Assembly (NCBI GenBank): GCA_036675075.1
Contig: JAKFFM010000038.1
Location: 25,024 to 89,023 of the forward strand
DNA: 64,000 nucleotides
From: Bacteroidota bacterium
GTDB taxonomy: Bacteria > Bacteroidota > Bacteroidia > JAKFFM01
Direction of reading: 5' to 3'
Under the pieces are notes generated by a model that saw only the letters and a list, made by a program, of their open reading frames with translations, was not told the origin of the DNA and did no database searches. Made by a program: the position numbers and the translations under genes. This document shows, one piece after another, positions 46,409-55,790 of this stretch (positions are counted from its first letter, which is position 1; the number at the start of each line of letters is the position of its first letter).

Positions 46409-48088
46409 ATGTCAGAAGGACGCCAGATTATATTTTCAATGGTGAATGTTTCCAAAACATTCCCGCCCAGCAAACAGGTTCTGAAGGATATCTACCTGTC
46501 ATTCTATTACGGTGCGAAGATCGGTATCATTGGTCTCAACGGATCCGGTAAATCAACGCTGTTAAAGATCATTGCAGGGGTTGAAAAGAACTACCAGGGT
46601 GAAGTTCATTTTTCACCAGGATATAAAGTAGGATACCTTGAACAGGAGCCTGACCTGGATGAAACTAAAACAGTGAAGGAGGTTGTTCAGGAAGGTGCGC
46701 AGGAAGTTGTGAATATTCTTAAAGAATATGAAGAAGTAAACAACAGGTTTTCTGAGCCAATGTCGGATGATGAGATGAACAAACTCATTGAAAAGCAAGC
46801 CAGACTGAGTGAGCTGATCGAACAGCATGATGCCTGGAACCTTGATAACAAGCTTGAGGTCGCAATGGATGCGCTTCGTACTCCTGATGGTGATGCACTG
46901 ATCAAGAATCTTTCCGGAGGTGAAAGACGACGTGTCGCATTATGCCGGTTACTGCTTCAGCAACCTGAGATCCTTCTCCTTGATGAACCTACCAACCACC
47001 TTGATGCGGAATCAGTGGATTGGCTCGAACAGCATTTACAAAACTATCCGGGCACTGTTATCGCAATCACGCACGACAGGTACTTCCTTGATAATGTTGC
47101 GGGATGGATCCTCGAACTTGATCGTGGTGAAGGCATTCCTTGGAAAGGAAACTATTCTTCGTGGCTTGATCAGAAAGCAAAACGACTGGCTCAGGAAGAA
47201 AAGACAGAAAGCAAGCGCAGAAAGACTCTCGAACGTGAACTTGACTGGGTGCGCCAGGGAGCTAAAGGAAGACAGGCGAAGTCCAAGGCTCGTCTACAGG
47301 CATACGACAAGCTGTTAAATGAAGATACCAAGACCAAGGAAGAAAAACTGGAGCTCTTCATCCCGAATGGCCCTCGTTTAGGTAATGAAGTGATTGAAGC
47401 GATCGATGTTTCAAAAGCCTATGGTGACAGACTGCTCTATGAACATTTGAATTTCAGGTTACCGCCTGCAGGTATTGTTGGTGTGATTGGTCCGAACGGA
47501 GCTGGAAAGACCACTTTGTTCCGTATGATCATGGGTCAGGAGCTTCCTACATCCGGTGAATTCAAGATAGGACCAACAGTCAAAGTTGGATATGTTGACC
47601 AGGCACATACGGATATTGATCCTAACAAAACGGTATGGGAGATCATTACCGGTGGAAATGAAGTGATTGATGTTGGTGGAAGATCATTGAACTCACGTGC
47701 ATATGTTTCACGTTTTAATTTCAATGGTGCAGACCAGGGAAAAAAAGCTGGGGTGTTATCAGGTGGTGAACGAAACAGGCTGCACCTTGCATTGACATTA
47801 AGAAGCGAAGCGAACGTGCTGTTGCTCGATGAGCCAACAAACGATATCGATGTGAATACACTACGTGCCCTGGAAGAAGCTCTTGAGAACTTCGCAGGGT
47901 GTGCTGTGGTGATCTCCCACGACAGGTGGTTCCTTGACAGAATCTGTACACACATTCTTGCATTTGAAGGAAATTCCCAGGTGTATTTCTTTGAAGGTGG
48001 TTACACCGAATATGAAGAGAATAAAAAGAAAAGACTGGGAGATAAAGCTCCTGAGAGAATCAGGTATAAGAAGCTGGTTACGACGTGA
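46409..48088 (+). CDS. ettA: energy-dependent translational throttle protein EttA (ABC-F ATPase)
   Basis: Two ABC cassettes (GLNGSGKST, LSGGERRRVAL, GPNGAGKTT, LSGGERNRL), 559 aa, with a typical EttA N-terminus. Confidence 0.93.
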   Translation: MSEGRQIIFSMVNVSKTFPPSKQVLKDIYLSFYYGAKIGIIGLNGSGKSTLLKIIAGVEKNYQGEVHFSPGYKVGYLEQEPDLDETKTVKEVVQEGAQEVVNILKEYEEVNNRFSEPMSDDEMNKLIEKQARLSELIEQHDAWNLDNKLEVAMDALRTPDGDALIKNLSGGERRRVALCRLLLQQPEILLLDEPTNHLDAESVDWLEQHLQNYPGTVIAITHDRYFLDNVAGWILELDRGEGIPWKGNYSSWLDQKAKRLAQEEKTESKRRKTLERELDWVRQGAKGRQAKSKARLQAYDKLLNEDTKTKEEKLELFIPNGPRLGNEVIEAIDVSKAYGDRLLYEHLNFRLPPAGIVGVIGPNGAGKTTLFRMIMGQELPTSGEFKIGPTVKVGYVDQAHTDIDPNKTVWEIITGGNEVIDVGGRSLNSRAYVSRFNFNGADQGKKAGVLSGGERNRLHLALTLRSEANVLLLDEPTNDIDVNTLRALEEALENFAGCAVVISHDRWFLDRICTHILAFEGNSQVYFFEGGYTEYEENKKKRLGDKAPERIRYKKLVTT

Positions 48089-48092
48089 GAAT

Positions 48093-48124
48093 GAAGTTTA
48101 ATGTTTAAAGTTCAAAGTTTAAAG
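48093..48124 (+). repeat. AAGTTTA-type heptad element, inverted copy of 2024-2055
   Basis: GAAGTTTAATGTTTAAAGTTCAAAGTTTAAAG. By hand alignment its reverse complement matches 2024-2055 at 29 of 32 positions. Confidence 0.9.
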
Positions 48125-48157
48125 GAGGCTCTGGTAATACCGGGGCCTCTTTGTTTT
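48124..48157 (+). terminator. rho-independent terminator-like hairpin after ettA
   Basis: GGAGGCTCTG / CGGGGCCTCT form a ~10-bp stem (with G-U pairs) and a 7-nt loop, followed by TTGTTTT. Confidence 0.55.
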
Positions 48158-48207
48158 GGAGGTATGGAGCAAAAGAAATGTCATTACTAAACGAAATCCT
48201 TTAGTAG

Positions 48208-48215
48208 TATCTTTG
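48208..48215 (+). promoter_or_regulatory. -7 promoter box TATCTTTG for hisS
   Basis: Exact TAnnTTTG, 6 nt before the ATG at 48222. Confidence 0.45.
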
Positions 48216-48221
48216 CGGCCT

Positions 48222-49586
48222 ATGGCAGTTCAGAAACCTTCCATCCCAAAAGGAACCAGGGATTTCTCTCCTTCAGAAATGGTGAGAAGAGAATATATTT
48301 TCAGCAACATTCGTGATGTATTCAGGCTGTTCGGATTTCAGCCGCTCGAAACTCCTTCCATGGAGAACCTTACGACGCTTACTGGCAAGTATGGTGATGA
48401 AGGAGATCAGCTGATCTTTAAGATCCTGAATTCTGGAAACTACCTCGATGGTGTTGATCAGTCGTTAATGAGTGATGCAAAAAAGCTTGCTCCGAAGATT
48501 GCTGAGAAAGCACTGCGATACGATCTGACGGTACCATTTGCCCGGTATGTTGTCATGAATCAGCATGCGATCACATTCCCATTCAAGCGTTACCAGATTC
48601 AGCCTGTGTGGCGTGCTGACCGTCCGCAAAAGGGCCGTTATCGAGAATTCTATCAGTGTGATGCGGATATTATCGGTAGTACATCGCTCCTGAACGAGGT
48701 GGAACTTGTTCAGATATTTGATGAAGTGTTCACAAGACTGAACCTGCCTGCTGTCATTAAGATCAACAACCGGAAGATACTTGCTGCAATCGCTGAGGTG
48801 ATCGGAATGAAAGATAATTTCATCGCATTCACTGTAGCCATTGACAAGCTCGATAAAATCGGTACTGACGGTGTTATAAAAGAGCTTGCTGAAAAAGGAT
48901 TCAGTGAAGACTCGTTGAGTAACGTGAGACCATTGCTTTCATTTAACGGTACTACCGATGAAAAACTTGATCTCATCTCCCGACTGATCGGATCAAATGT
49001 AACAGGTGCGAAAGGCCTTGAAGAGCTGAGGTTCATTTTTGACAGAAGTAAAAAGCAGAAGAAGTGCAGGCTCGAGCTTGACATCACCCTTGCGAGGGGA
49101 CTGAACTATTATACAGGAACGATCTTCGAAGTAAAGGCAGATGCAGGGACACTGACAAGCAGTATCTGCGGAGGTGGCAGGTATGATGATCTGACTGGAA
49201 TCTTTGGCTTGCCGAATATTTCAGGTGTGGGAATTTCATTTGGGGCTGACAGGATTTATGATGTGCTCCAGGAGTTGGATTTATTTCCAGCTGAGATCTC
49301 ATCTTCAACGAGGATACTTTTTGTGAACTTCGGTGAAGCTGAACAGGAGCATTGCTTTAATCTTGTATCACTGCTTCGTGAAAATGGAATCCCTTCAGAA
49401 TTGTTCCCAGATGCTGGTGCAAAAATGAAAAAGCAGATGTCTTATGCTGACGCGAAAAAGATTCCATTTGTCGCGCTGATAGGTTCTGATGAGATGGAAA
49501 AAAATCTCATCACGTTGAAAAATATGTCTTCGGGTGAACAGCAGAGTATTACTTATGAAGGGCTGTTAACCTTACTAAATAAATAA
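48222..49586 (+). CDS. hisS: histidine--tRNA ligase
   Basis: [38 protein letters not shown] and GGGRYD motifs. The ORF-track TTG at 48156 lies upstream of the -7 box. Confidence 0.93.
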   Translation: MAVQKPSIPKGTRDFSPSEMVRREYIFSNIRDVFRLFGFQPLETPSMENLTTLTGKYGDEGDQLIFKILNSGNYLDGVDQSLMSDAKKLAPKIAEKALRYDLTVPFARYVVMNQHAITFPFKRYQIQPVWRADRPQKGRYREFYQCDADIIGSTSLLNEVELVQIFDEVFTRLNLPAVIKINNRKILAAIAEVIGMKDNFIAFTVAIDKLDKIGTDGVIKELAEKGFSEDSLSNVRPLLSFNGTTDEKLDLISRLIGSNVTGAKGLEELRFIFDRSKKQKKCRLELDITLARGLNYYTGTIFEVKADAGTLTSSICGGGRYDDLTGIFGLPNISGVGISFGADRIYDVLQELDLFPAEISSSTRILFVNFGEAEQEHCFNLVSLLRENGIPSELFPDAGAKMKKQMSYADAKKIPFVALIGSDEMEKNLITLKNMSSGEQQSITYEGLLTLLNK

Positions 49587-49589
49587 TTC

Positions 49590-51077
49590 ATGAAGGTCCA
49601 TTATATATCTGACGAGAGACTTGGTCTTTCTACCTTAAAAACGATCCTGGAAGAAAAAATCCGGATCGGCTTATCTGACACTGCGAAGCGAGTGATCACT
49701 GATTGCCGTGATTACCTTGACAAAAAGATGAGCAGCCAGAAAGAACCGATCTATGGAATCAACACGGGCTTTGGTTCTTTGTACAACAAAAGCATCTCTG
49801 CGGATGACCTCGAACAGCTGCAGAAAAATCTTGTGATGTCACATGCATGCGGTACAGGAGAAGAAGTTCCTTCAGAGGTCGTAAGGCTGATGCTGATCCT
49901 CAAGGTGCAATCACTCGCATATGGAAAAAGTGCTGTGCAGCTTGCCACGGTGGAAAGACTGGTCGATTTCTATAACCATGATGTGTTGCCTGTTGTTTAT
50001 CAGCAGGGCTCTCTTGGTGCTTCAGGTGACCTTGCGCCACTTGCACACCTGAGTCTTCCGTTGCTTGGATTAGGAGATGTTTATTACAAAGGAAAAAAGC
50101 ACAAGGCTGAAGAGGTGAATAAGGAGCTGGGATGGAAGGCTCTCAGCTTAAAATCAAAGGAAGGGCTTGCATTGCTAAACGGCACCCAGTTTATGTCTGC
50201 ATATGGATGCTGGTGTCTGATGAAAGCGAACCAGATGCTGTCACTTTCAGATCTGATCGCTGCGGTATCTCTTGAAGCTTTCGACGGAAGAATCGAACCA
50301 TTTTACGAAAGCCTTCACAAGATCAGGCCGCATGCCGGACAGCTGACCGTTGCAGAGAATTTTCGTGGATTGCTTAAAGGAAGTCAGATCATTGCACAGC
50401 ATAAGCAGCATGTTCAGGATCCTTATTCTTTCCGTTGTATTCCACAGGTTCATGGAGCCTCACGTGATGCAGCAGGATATGTAGCGAATGTTTTTGAAAC
50501 AGAGATCAATTCGGTTACTGATAATCCAACTGTTTTTCCTGATGAAGACATGATCGTTTCAGGAGGAAATTTTCATGGACAACCATTGGCCATTGCCCTT
50601 GACATGCTTTGCATTGCGCTATCAGAGATCGGTAACATTTCTGAACGACGCACTTACCAGCTGATCTCCGGCACACGCGGATTGCCACCATTCCTAGTAA
50701 AGAATGCAGGATTGAATTCCGGCTTTATGATCCCTCAATATACAGCCGCTTCAATTGTAAGCCAGAACAAGCAATTGTGCACTCCGTCATCCGCTGATTC
50801 AATCGTATCATCCAATGGACAGGAAGATCACGTAAGCATGGGAGCTAACGCAGCAACAAAAGCGTTCAGAGTCGTATGCAACCTCGAACGTATTCTTGCC
50901 ATTGAGTTATTCAATGCCTCCCAGGCACTGGAGTTCAGAAGGCCTTTACGATCATCGGATGTTATTGAGAAGCTTATAGATGAATATCGAAAGATTGTAC
51001 CATTCATCACAGAGGATAAGATCATGCATGATGAGATGATGAAGAGTGAAGAGTTCATCCGATCGTACCCAATCTGA
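49590..51077 (+). CDS. hutH: histidine ammonia-lyase (MIO-dependent)
   Basis: GINTGFG, LVMSHACGTG (Ser-His selectivity pair) and the MIO-forming GASGDLAPLAHL motif. Confidence 0.88.
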   Translation: MKVHYISDERLGLSTLKTILEEKIRIGLSDTAKRVITDCRDYLDKKMSSQKEPIYGINTGFGSLYNKSISADDLEQLQKNLVMSHACGTGEEVPSEVVRLMLILKVQSLAYGKSAVQLATVERLVDFYNHDVLPVVYQQGSLGASGDLAPLAHLSLPLLGLGDVYYKGKKHKAEEVNKELGWKALSLKSKEGLALLNGTQFMSAYGCWCLMKANQMLSLSDLIAAVSLEAFDGRIEPFYESLHKIRPHAGQLTVAENFRGLLKGSQIIAQHKQHVQDPYSFRCIPQVHGASRDAAGYVANVFETEINSVTDNPTVFPDEDMIVSGGNFHGQPLAIALDMLCIALSEIGNISERRTYQLISGTRGLPPFLVKNAGLNSGFMIPQYTAASIVSQNKQLCTPSSADSIVSSNGQEDHVSMGANAATKAFRVVCNLERILAIELFNASQALEFRRPLRSSDVIEKLIDEYRKIVPFITEDKIMHDEMMKSEEFIRSYPI

Positions 51078-51078
51078 A

Positions 51079-51321
51079 ATGGAAGCTTCTCCGATCCCTG
51101 ATCATGAGATCCTTGTTAAGATCGTTCAAACCCGAATGCCTTTTGGAAAGTACGAAGGCACGCTGCTTTGTGATCTGCCAGTGTCCTACCTGGAGTGGTT
51201 TCTTAGGAAGGGAGGATTTCCTGAAGGGAAGCTCGGTATGATGCTCTCTACGGTTTATGAACTGAAGCTGAACGGTCTTAGCGATATCCTTGCTGAACTG
51301 AAGAAAAGGTTTGGTAAATGA
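51079..51321 (+). CDS. DUF3820-family small protein
   Basis: MPFGKYEGTLLCDLPVSYLEWF motif. The ATG lies 1 nt after the hutH stop. Confidence 0.65.
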   Translation: MEASPIPDHEILVKIVQTRMPFGKYEGTLLCDLPVSYLEWFLRKGGFPEGKLGMMLSTVYELKLNGLSDILAELKKRFGK

Positions 51322-51339
51322 TCTTCAGAGCTTAAATGA

Positions 51340-52005
51340 TCATCTGCCCATAAAAGAGTACTGGATCAGGTTTGCTCCCATCCGTAACGCTTTGATCCTT
51401 GTTTCCTGTGAATCCTTGTGAACATCAAAGTCTTCCCATCCATCACCCAGGTCACATTCAAAACTGTAAAAGCAAACAAGGCGTCCCTGGTAGATCAGTC
51501 CGAATCCTTGTGGAGCCTTTCCTTCATGTTCATGAACTTTCGGAAGCCCTTTTGGAAAATCAAACTTCTGATGATAGATGGGATGATCGAACGGAAGCTC
51601 AACCAACTCTAGTTCTGGGAAAATCTTCTTTAGCTGTGGACGGATAAACTTATCCATTCCATAATTGTCATCGATGTGCAGAAATCCGCCAGCCAGCATG
51701 TAGTTCCGAAGATTCTCTGCTTCCTGCTGGGAAAAAACAACATTGCCATGTCCTGTCATATGGATGAAAGGATAGTTGAAGATCTCTGTGCTGCCTGCTT
51801 CCACAATAGCCTGTTCCTGGTTAATGGAAGTCTTCAGCTGCTCATTGCAGAAACGGATCAGGTTAGGAAGAGATGTTTCGAGGTTGGAGTACCAGTCTCC
51901 ACCGCCTCCATATTTTAATAAGCCGATCTGGTATGACTGTGCATGAGAGAATGCAAAAGATCCGGTCATCAGCAGGAGCATTATAAACCGGATCTTATTC
52001 TTCAT
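51340..52005 (-). CDS. DUF4159-domain protein
   Basis: Signal peptide and the LLKYGGGGDWYSNLETSLPNLIRF motif. Confidence 0.7.
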   Translation of the reverse strand: MKNKIRFIMLLLMTGSFAFSHAQSYQIGLLKYGGGGDWYSNLETSLPNLIRFCNEQLKTSINQEQAIVEAGSTEIFNYPFIHMTGHGNVVFSQQEAENLRNYMLAGGFLHIDDNYGMDKFIRPQLKKIFPELELVELPFDHPIYHQKFDFPKGLPKVHEHEGKAPQGFGLIYQGRLVCFYSFECDLGDGWEDFDVHKDSQETRIKALRMGANLIQYSFMGR

Positions 52006-52076
52006 CGTTGTATTCTTATAAGCTTATTGACTATTTGATGCAACAAGCATGCATTGATTTTAACTATGGTATGATT

Positions 52077-52784
52077 TTATTGGAGGTTATGGTAAACCGC
52101 CTGAACATCATCGTCTTCTTCGATCTTTTCAACAAGCTTGAGAACTTCTTCTTCCTGTTCAGGAGTGATCTCTGCAAGTGATGTAGGGAATCGCTGGAGT
52201 TCAGAACTCTTAACCTGGATGTTTCTGTCTTCTAGCGCCTTCTGCATAGTTCCGAAATCCTGGAAAGCTGTGATGATCGTGAAACCATCTTCTTCCCTGA
52301 TCAGCTCTTCAAGTCCGTGATCAATAAGTTCAAGCTCGAGCTCATCCGGATCAGCGCTTCCTGTTTCAAGTTTGAAAACACCTTTACGTACAAACATAAA
52401 GTCAAGTGAACCTGTCTTACCTAACGTACCTCCATTTCTGGTGAAGTACATACGAACATTCGCCACTGTGCGTGTAGAATTGTCTGTTGCGCATTCAACG
52501 AGGATTGGTACGCCATATGGACCATATCCTTCATATACGATCTCTTCGAAATCTTTTTCTTCTTTGGATGATGCGCGTTTGATGGCGTTCTCGATCCGGT
52601 CCTTTGGCATGTTTACACCTTTCGCATTCTGGATCACCACCCTGAGTCTTGCATTCAGTGTAGGATCAGGTCCACCGGCTTTAACTGCCATTACGATGTC
52701 TTTTCCAATTCGCGTGAACGCTTTTGCCATTGCGTCCCAGCGTTTCATCTTTCTTACTTTTCGGAACTCAAACGCTCTTCCCAT
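52077..52784 (-). CDS. YebC/PmpR-family DNA-binding transcriptional regulator
   Basis: RWDAMAKAFTRIGKDIVMAVKAGGPDP and NMPKDRIENAIKRA motifs. Confidence 0.92.
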   Translation of the reverse strand: MGRAFEFRKVRKMKRWDAMAKAFTRIGKDIVMAVKAGGPDPTLNARLRVVIQNAKGVNMPKDRIENAIKRASSKEEKDFEEIVYEGYGPYGVPILVECATDNSTRTVANVRMYFTRNGGTLGKTGSLDFMFVRKGVFKLETGSADPDELELELIDHGLEELIREEDGFTIITAFQDFGTMQKALEDRNIQVKSSELQRFPTSLAEITPEQEEEVLKLVEKIEEDDDVQAVYHNLQ

Positions 52785-52810
52785 AGTTGATTTTAATTGA
52801 GGATGTAAAT

Positions 52811-53524
52811 TTAATCTTTCCCTGCTACTTCATTGATAAAGTGTATTGCCTGAACAGCGGCAAGTCCTGCAGTTTCTGTTCGTAGTCTTGTACTTCCAAG
52901 TGAGATGGGGGTAAAGCCACTACCAAGAGCATCTTTTACTTCATCCATCGAGAAATCACCTTCAGGACCGATCAGGACAAGAACATTTTTCTTCTGAAGC
53001 GTTACCTGTGTTATAGGATTCTTTTGTTCATTGTAGCAATGTGCGATGAGCTTGATGTCTTCATCGGCATCTGCAACTACCTGCTTAAAGCTTCTCGTTT
53101 CGTTTAATTGAGGAAGATGAAACTGATTTGATTGCTTCATGGCAGCAACCAGGATCTTCACAAGTCGTTCGGGTTTGATGATAGTACGCTCACTGTGTTT
53201 ACAGATCATCGGTGAGATCTCATCTATTCCAAACTCTGTCGCTTTCTCGAGAAACCATTCTAGTCTGTCGGTATTCTTGGTTGGTGCAATGGCGACATGG
53301 ATCCAATAATTTCTTTGGGGGAAGCTTTTCACTGACCTGATCTCAGCATGCAGCTCTCTTGCATCAGGCAGGATCACGATGGCTTCAAACAAGTTGCCTT
53401 TTCCGTCAGTGAGGTGGATCGCATCACCTTGTCGTAATCGAAGCACCTTAATGGCATGACGCGATTCATCCTGGTCAAGGGTGATCGTATTTCCTTCTAT
53501 ATGATGTGCAATGAAAAGTTCCAT
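52811..53524 (-). CDS. rsmE: 16S rRNA (uracil1498-N3)-methyltransferase
   Basis: ESRHAIKVLRLRQGD, LIGPEGDFS and RLRTETAG motifs. Confidence 0.88.
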   Translation of the reverse strand: MELFIAHHIEGNTITLDQDESRHAIKVLRLRQGDAIHLTDGKGNLFEAIVILPDARELHAEIRSVKSFPQRNYWIHVAIAPTKNTDRLEWFLEKATEFGIDEISPMICKHSERTIIKPERLVKILVAAMKQSNQFHLPQLNETRSFKQVVADADEDIKLIAHCYNEQKNPITQVTLQKKNVLVLIGPEGDFSMDEVKDALGSGFTPISLGSTRLRTETAGLAAVQAIHFINEVAGKD

Positions 53525-53538
53525 AAGTATCCTTAAAT

Positions 53539-53566
53539 AAAAAAACCTCCATCAGGAGGTTTTTTT
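53539..53566 (-). terminator. bidirectional rho-independent terminator after pckA
   Basis: AAAAAAACCTCC-ATCA-GGAGGTTTTTTT. Confidence 0.6.
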
Positions 53567-53582
53567 AAAAGGTTAAATTTTG

Positions 53583-55196
53583 TCAGGCATTCTCAGTGAT
53601 CTGAGGAGCAGCGGCCAGGATCTCCTGACTTGCATCGCTTGCATACTGGCCAAAGTTTTTCACGAAAGCTGCAGCAAGGTTGTTTGCCTTTGTATCGTAA
53701 CCGTCTTTGTCAGACCAAGTGTTTCTTGGATTCAGGATCTCAGAAGGCACGTTCGGACAAGAAGTCGGGAAGTGTAATCCAAAGATTGGTAATGTGTCAT
53801 ATTCTACATTGTCAAGCTCACCGTTCAGTGCAGCAGTGATCAAAGCTCTTGTGTAGGAAAGCTTGATACGGCTTCCGACGCCATAAGGACCGCCAGACCA
53901 TCCGGTGTTGATCAGCCATACATTGACATTGCTTTCTTTGAGTTTCTTTCCAAGAAGCTCAGCATACTTTGTTGGATGCAATGGAAGGAATGCTTTACCA
54001 AAGCAGGCAGAGAATGTAAGTTGTGGTTCAGTTACACCAACCTCGGTACCTGCAACTTTTGCTGTGTAGCCGGAGATGAAGTGATACATCGCCTGGCCTG
54101 TAGTAAGCTTTGAAATAGGAGGAAGCACACCAAACGCATCAGCTGTCAAAAAGAAAATGTTCTTCGGTACAGAAGCGATGGATGGCTCTACTGAATTGTC
54201 AATATAATGAATAGGGTATGCAACCCTTGTATTCTCAGTTTTTGTGATGTTTGAATAATCCACGGTGCATGTTCCTTCGTGGCACTCAATGTTTTCCAGA
54301 AGAGAACCAAAGCGGATCGCGCTGAAGATCTGTGGTTCTTTTTCTGCGGTAAGGTCAACACATTTCGCATAGCAACCACCTTCGAAGTTGAACACAGAAG
54401 TATCGCTCCATCCATGCTCATCATCACCGATCAGCTTTCTGTTAGGATCAGCTGAAAGGGTTGTCTTTCCGGTACCTGAAAGACCGAAGAACACTGCAGT
54501 GTCGCCATTCTTGCCAATGTTCGCTGAACAATGCATAGAAAGAACGCCACGCTCATGAGGGAGTACATAATTCAAAACAGCGAATATGCCTTTCTTGATC
54601 TCTCCAGTATAGCCTGTTCCGCCGATCAGGATCATTTTTTTTGTGAAGTTGATGATCGCGAAATTATGCTGGCGTGTTCCGTCGATTTCAGGATTCGAAC
54701 GGAATCCAGGTGCATTGATGATCGTCCATTCCGGCGTGAAATAGTGTAGCTCATCAATAGTTGGGCGAAGGAAAAGGTTGTTTGCAAAAAGGTTTGACCA
54801 TGGGTATTCTGTAACTACCCGGATATTTAATCTGTGTGCAGGATCTGCGCATGCATAGCTGTCTCTGATATAAACGTCCTTACCTGACAGGTAAGCGGTC
54901 ATGCGGTTATAAAGAGGTTCGAATTTTTCACTGTCAAAACGATTGTTAACATCGCCCCACCAAACGGAATCCTTCGTCTTTTCATCAAAAACAACAAACT
55001 TGTCTTTTGGTGATCTACCCGTGAATTCGCCAGTATCAACAGCCAGTGCGCCAGTATCTGTCAGAAATCCTTCCCCTCGGATGATTGTTGCTTCAACCAG
55101 TTCAGACGGAGTCAGATTCCAATATGCAGTTTCTACATTCTCCAGACCCATTGACGCCAACGAAGCATCTTTGGCTTTAATTCCGAATTCGTTCAT
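53583..55196 (-). CDS. pckA: phosphoenolpyruvate carboxykinase (ATP)
   Basis: GLSGTGKTTLS, IGDDEHGW and GGCYAK motifs, 537 aa. Confidence 0.94.
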   Translation of the reverse strand: MNEFGIKAKDASLASMGLENVETAYWNLTPSELVEATIIRGEGFLTDTGALAVDTGEFTGRSPKDKFVVFDEKTKDSVWWGDVNNRFDSEKFEPLYNRMTAYLSGKDVYIRDSYACADPAHRLNIRVVTEYPWSNLFANNLFLRPTIDELHYFTPEWTIINAPGFRSNPEIDGTRQHNFAIINFTKKMILIGGTGYTGEIKKGIFAVLNYVLPHERGVLSMHCSANIGKNGDTAVFFGLSGTGKTTLSADPNRKLIGDDEHGWSDTSVFNFEGGCYAKCVDLTAEKEPQIFSAIRFGSLLENIECHEGTCTVDYSNITKTENTRVAYPIHYIDNSVEPSIASVPKNIFFLTADAFGVLPPISKLTTGQAMYHFISGYTAKVAGTEVGVTEPQLTFSACFGKAFLPLHPTKYAELLGKKLKESNVNVWLINTGWSGGPYGVGSRIKLSYTRALITAALNGELDNVEYDTLPIFGLHFPTSCPNVPSEILNPRNTWSDKDGYDTKANNLAAAFVKNFGQYASDASQEILAAAPQITENA

Positions 55197-55228
55197 TACG
55201 TTAATATTTTGGTTATGAAAAGAAAGGT

Positions 55229-55236
55229 CAAATTTA
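55229..55236 (-). promoter_or_regulatory. -7 promoter box TAAATTTG for pckA
   Basis: Exact TAnnTTTG on the minus strand, 33 nt upstream of the ATG at 55196. Confidence 0.45.
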
Positions 55237-55272
55237 CCAAAAAATTCTGGAAACAGGCTTTTCTTTCAGCCA

Positions 55273-55779
55273 CTAATTCCTGCAGGGTGCATTCTCATTG
55301 ACATGCACAAGTTTTGAGCTGGCAAGGACCTCACGCGCTTTTTTAACAAAATCAGCCTGTTGCTGAGGTGTTAATTCCGCAAGCCGGAAGCAATAATCGA
55401 TCTCTCCCTCGCGACCCCATCGTTTTGATTGTGCTGTCACTTTTGGTGTGTATTCTGCGATAAACTTATCGAACTTTTCACGGGCAGCCTGGTCAGTGCC
55501 GGTACCAATGGAATAGAATGATACAGAAAGCCTGAAATTCGCAGGATCCTGGGCTTGCTGCTGCTGTTGCTGCTGGGTGGTTTCCACCTGTTGCGTTGTG
55601 TTTTGAGGATTGGTTACTGTTTCCTGAGCTGACTGATTCTGGTTCCCTGAAGGGCCGGTCTGCTGCGTGCTCTGGTCTGTCCAGCCTGCAGGTGAACTTT
55701 TTGTCTGGCTTTTGTTATCATTACACTGCTGTGTAGCGCTGATGATTACAAGAAAGATCGAAGATAGGATGAGTTTCAT
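55273..55779 (-). CDS. hypothetical secreted protein with Gln/Thr-rich linker
   Basis: Signal peptide, a TTQQVETTQQQQQQQAQ low-complexity tract, and a ~85-aa C-terminal globular part. Confidence 0.55.
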   Translation of the reverse strand: MKLILSSIFLVIISATQQCNDNKSQTKSSPAGWTDQSTQQTGPSGNQNQSAQETVTNPQNTTQQVETTQQQQQQQAQDPANFRLSVSFYSIGTGTDQAAREKFDKFIAEYTPKVTAQSKRWGREGEIDYCFRLAELTPQQQADFVKKAREVLASSKLVHVNENAPCRN

Positions 55780-55790
55780 AAGGTTGTGAT

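Noticed and set aside
4456-48221. TTG or GTG starts proposed by the ORF track at 4456, 14797, 42856, 44443 and 48156.
   Set aside because: In each case an in-frame ATG follows shortly. That ATG is better placed, either just after a TAnnTTTG box or directly at the upstream gene's stop. Three of the TTGs lie upstream of or inside the predicted promoter.
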